The notes under the pieces are model-generated. The model did not search any database. It had not been told where the DNA came from and was given only the letters and a program-made list of their open reading frames with translations. This document shows, in pieces, positions 61,501 to 64,000 of a stretch of 64,000 nt of DNA. Position numbers and translations under genes: made by a program. How positions within the stretch are numbered: the stretch's first letter is position 1; each line of letters starts with the position of its first letter. This DNA comes from Flectonema sp. DT1601 (taxonomy: Eukaryota): NCBI GenBank assembly GCA_964019425.1, contig OZ025805.1:620001-684000 (forward strand), given 5' to 3'.

Positions 61501-64000
61501 TGTATCAATACTAATACTTTGATGATTTGGTATAGGTTTTATAATCGAAGAAAGATCTGTATTCCCTGGCATGTATATGATGGTTTTCATCCAACGACTA
61601 CGAGATGAGTTTACAGAGTAGTTAGAACCGTGTAGACTCCCAGATTCAACAGCCATATTCGCAGCAGCAACCGAGTCGATTACATATTTAATAATTCGAG
61701 AAAATTTCCAATTTTTATATATCATGTAATATGCTAAAAGGTATCCAGAAGGTCCATTTATGAGTTTATGCTGATTCGCAAGCATCGAAGCTGGAGGGAC
61801 TACCTGAAGAAATCTAAGCAAAATTGACCTCCAAGTTATGTGATAAAAATTTTGCAACCACGAAATGTATTCATCAGGAAAGGTACTTTGTCCTTCGATT
61901 GCTCGACGAATCATTTTATTAGGAGGAATGTCCCTAATCATCAAATGAGTTATTGATTCTACTATGACACTGCTAACGGTTCCTTCTAACTGTTCACTGT
62001 AGTCAGGGTCTGATCCTAATAAGCACTTCGCAAATGATCTTAACCGTGATTGGTATCCAACAACTTGGTCTTGTTCAGGTTCGGATAATCTTTCAATACA
62101 TCTCTGTAGAACATCGTCAATTCCAAGAGAAAATTTCTCAAGTCGGTTTAAAAACGGAGACGTCAACAGCTTTGATCCCTGATTAACCTCTTCAGCAGTC
62201 ACATGAATAATACATTGAAATCTAGTATGAATATGTTTGTATTGCAGTGTCGGTCCAATAGCAACAGCCGAATGATGAACTGTTTCACCCGCACTATTAG
62301 TAGCCACAATGTAACATTGATTAAGCATATCAAACAGAGCTGTGTCTAACTTTCTTGTATTCGTCAACCATATAAACTTACCTGCTTCCATTGCCGCAGT
62401 GATACTTCCGATTACTGTAACTGGTTGCAATGGATCTTTTGAGGATAAAGCTGAAAGTGATATAACTTTTATATCATGAAACTCATGGATGTTAGCGTGT
62501 CGTAGAATCTGGAGTATATTACCATCGGGAGTGTTGTCTGTTATCAGCTTGAACCTAACCCATAAGTCATTTAAGTTTAGATTCCTAGTAGACTGCGAAG
62601 CGATACTTCTGTTTGAATCTCCAATAGAAGACAACACGACATCAATGTCGTTACTTAGCAACTCTGACCTGATACTTGTTGTTGAGAAGTTCTGTTTGTT
62701 TATTGTGTGGTGTTGAGTTATTAAGTGGGGAGAGAAGAGGGGGGATTAAAAAAAAAAAAGAAACATACCTCAAGAGACGGATCCTGTGATAGCGTGTCAC
62801 CAAAGACAGAAACGACTTCTGAAAATATTTTCTTCTTGCCGTTGAAATTTCGTTGAATGCCAAGTGCCACATCCTGTACAGTAAACATGAGTGGATCCTG
62901 ATCTTCAAGACGAGACGTTGATCGTCTTCGTAAGAATCTCATGTAGTGGAACAGATCTCTCAGTCCAAACCACCAACTGTTGTGAGCAGACAGTTGGACT
63001 ATTCGTTGAAATGCTAAACAAGATTGAACTACAACAGAGTGAATGTTACTCGAATCTGACTTCTTACTCCCAACTCCTAGAATCCCAAAACAAATTTGAG
63101 CCAAATCCTCTGGATTCGGATCTTCCAAAGTAATTTCCAAACACCTGTTCGTTATAGCCGGATCAAGAACCTGATTAGTTATTAAAACCGATGCGATCTC
63201 TCCTCCTTCGAGATAGCTGTGGAGGGATTTCAATGCCCATTTTTGAGTACTGGTTGCGAGACCAGCCTCATCAATGAACAACAAGCATCTCTTTGATGAA
63301 TGGCCTAAATGATCATACAGCCGCTGAGCTGCCAATGCCTCTTGGCATTTCCGTCTAACCTCAAGACCACTACTTTGAGACGAGCCTTGATAGATACATA
63401 TTTCTGATATCGAACAAAGCGTATCCCAAAAGGGAGCTCTACCAGTCATGTTAACCTTTAAAATGTTATTCGACAAAGTCTTCGACGTCCCAGGAGGTCC
63501 ACACAATATAACTGCGAGTCTCAGTTCCAGACTGATCATCTGAATAAATAAAATTTCCAACAGGCTCTGATGTCTACAAACAGCCTCTGGTAGATGTAAA
63601 TATTTAGGGTCACAGTAATGGTTTATAGCCTCATTGATGAGGTGGGTAAGGTTGAAAAATGACTTGTCTTTTTTAAAAGGTGAGCATGCATCTTCCTTTT
63701 TATAAGAATCGTTTACGAATTCAGTGAGAGATTCTGAAAATCTGAGTCGATAACGTTGGGGAAGTCGAAAATAAAAACAAACTGAGATTCCGAGAAGCAA
63801 AGCCGATAATGCTCTCAAATGTGTTTTTTCAATGACCGTTTCATCATCGTCTTTAATCGGAAAATTTGAATTCGGAAATCTTTCAAAAAAATATTCAAAA
63901 ACTTTTATGATCCTATTCACATCTCTTTGTGATACCCCTTGTAAACCAGCTTCTTGAAGTAGACCAGTAGCTGCACCATGGGCATGGATGATAATCTTAC
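55527..64000 (-). CDS. RNF213/mysterin-like giant AAA+ ATPase, 3' part (about 2,700 aa in window, begins beyond 64000)
   Basis: Exons >64000-62769, 62691-60873, 60793-56997, 56842-56750, 56687-55527, all in frame. VSQRDV, CGPPGTSKT (Walker A), FIDEAGLA (Walker B), LKSLHSYLE, LDPAITNR, FGLRD, RNFNG, LFDMLNQ, PFLNRLEK occur in the same order as in the RNF213 AAA core. Confidence 0.85.
56923..56943 (-). repeat. G21 homopolymer inside an intron
   Basis: C21 on the plus strand within intron 56996-56843. Confidence 0.85.

Overview
Eukaryotic, AT-rich nuclear DNA. All 17 supportable protein genes lie on the minus strand across the full 64 kb. Six of them are split by 20 short GT-AG introns that I placed by hand, each restoring the reading frame. 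The single-strand gene array, GTATG donors, U-rich AG sites just upstream of start codons, (CA)n-CAG acceptors and degenerate PDZ modules suggest a euglenozoan, most likely a diplonemid (inference). Genes: extended eIF4E with PAM2, polyH/Q and PDZ-like regions; TH1/PH plus PDZ protein; short MsrA; myristoylated NIF phosphatase; GCP2; large TPR protein; ~5,998-aa repeat-rich surface protein with a polycystin-1-like membrane segment; GNAT; EF-hand metacaspase; degenerate glyoxalase I; Cys-rich type I membrane protein; chorismate-lyase-fold protein; 3' part of an RNF213-like AAA+ protein; four hypotheticals. Main non-coding signals: (1) cis-intron 3' ends are A/C-rich (19/20 end in ACAG) while putative trans-splice acceptors are U-rich; (2) a GC-rich, strand-specific rod-like RNA structure at 68-197; (3) a dispersed A-tailed element, one copy intronic; (4) three diverged 35-55 bp direct repeats each flanking 118-167 bp. 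No databases or folding programs were run; family calls rest on recognised motifs.
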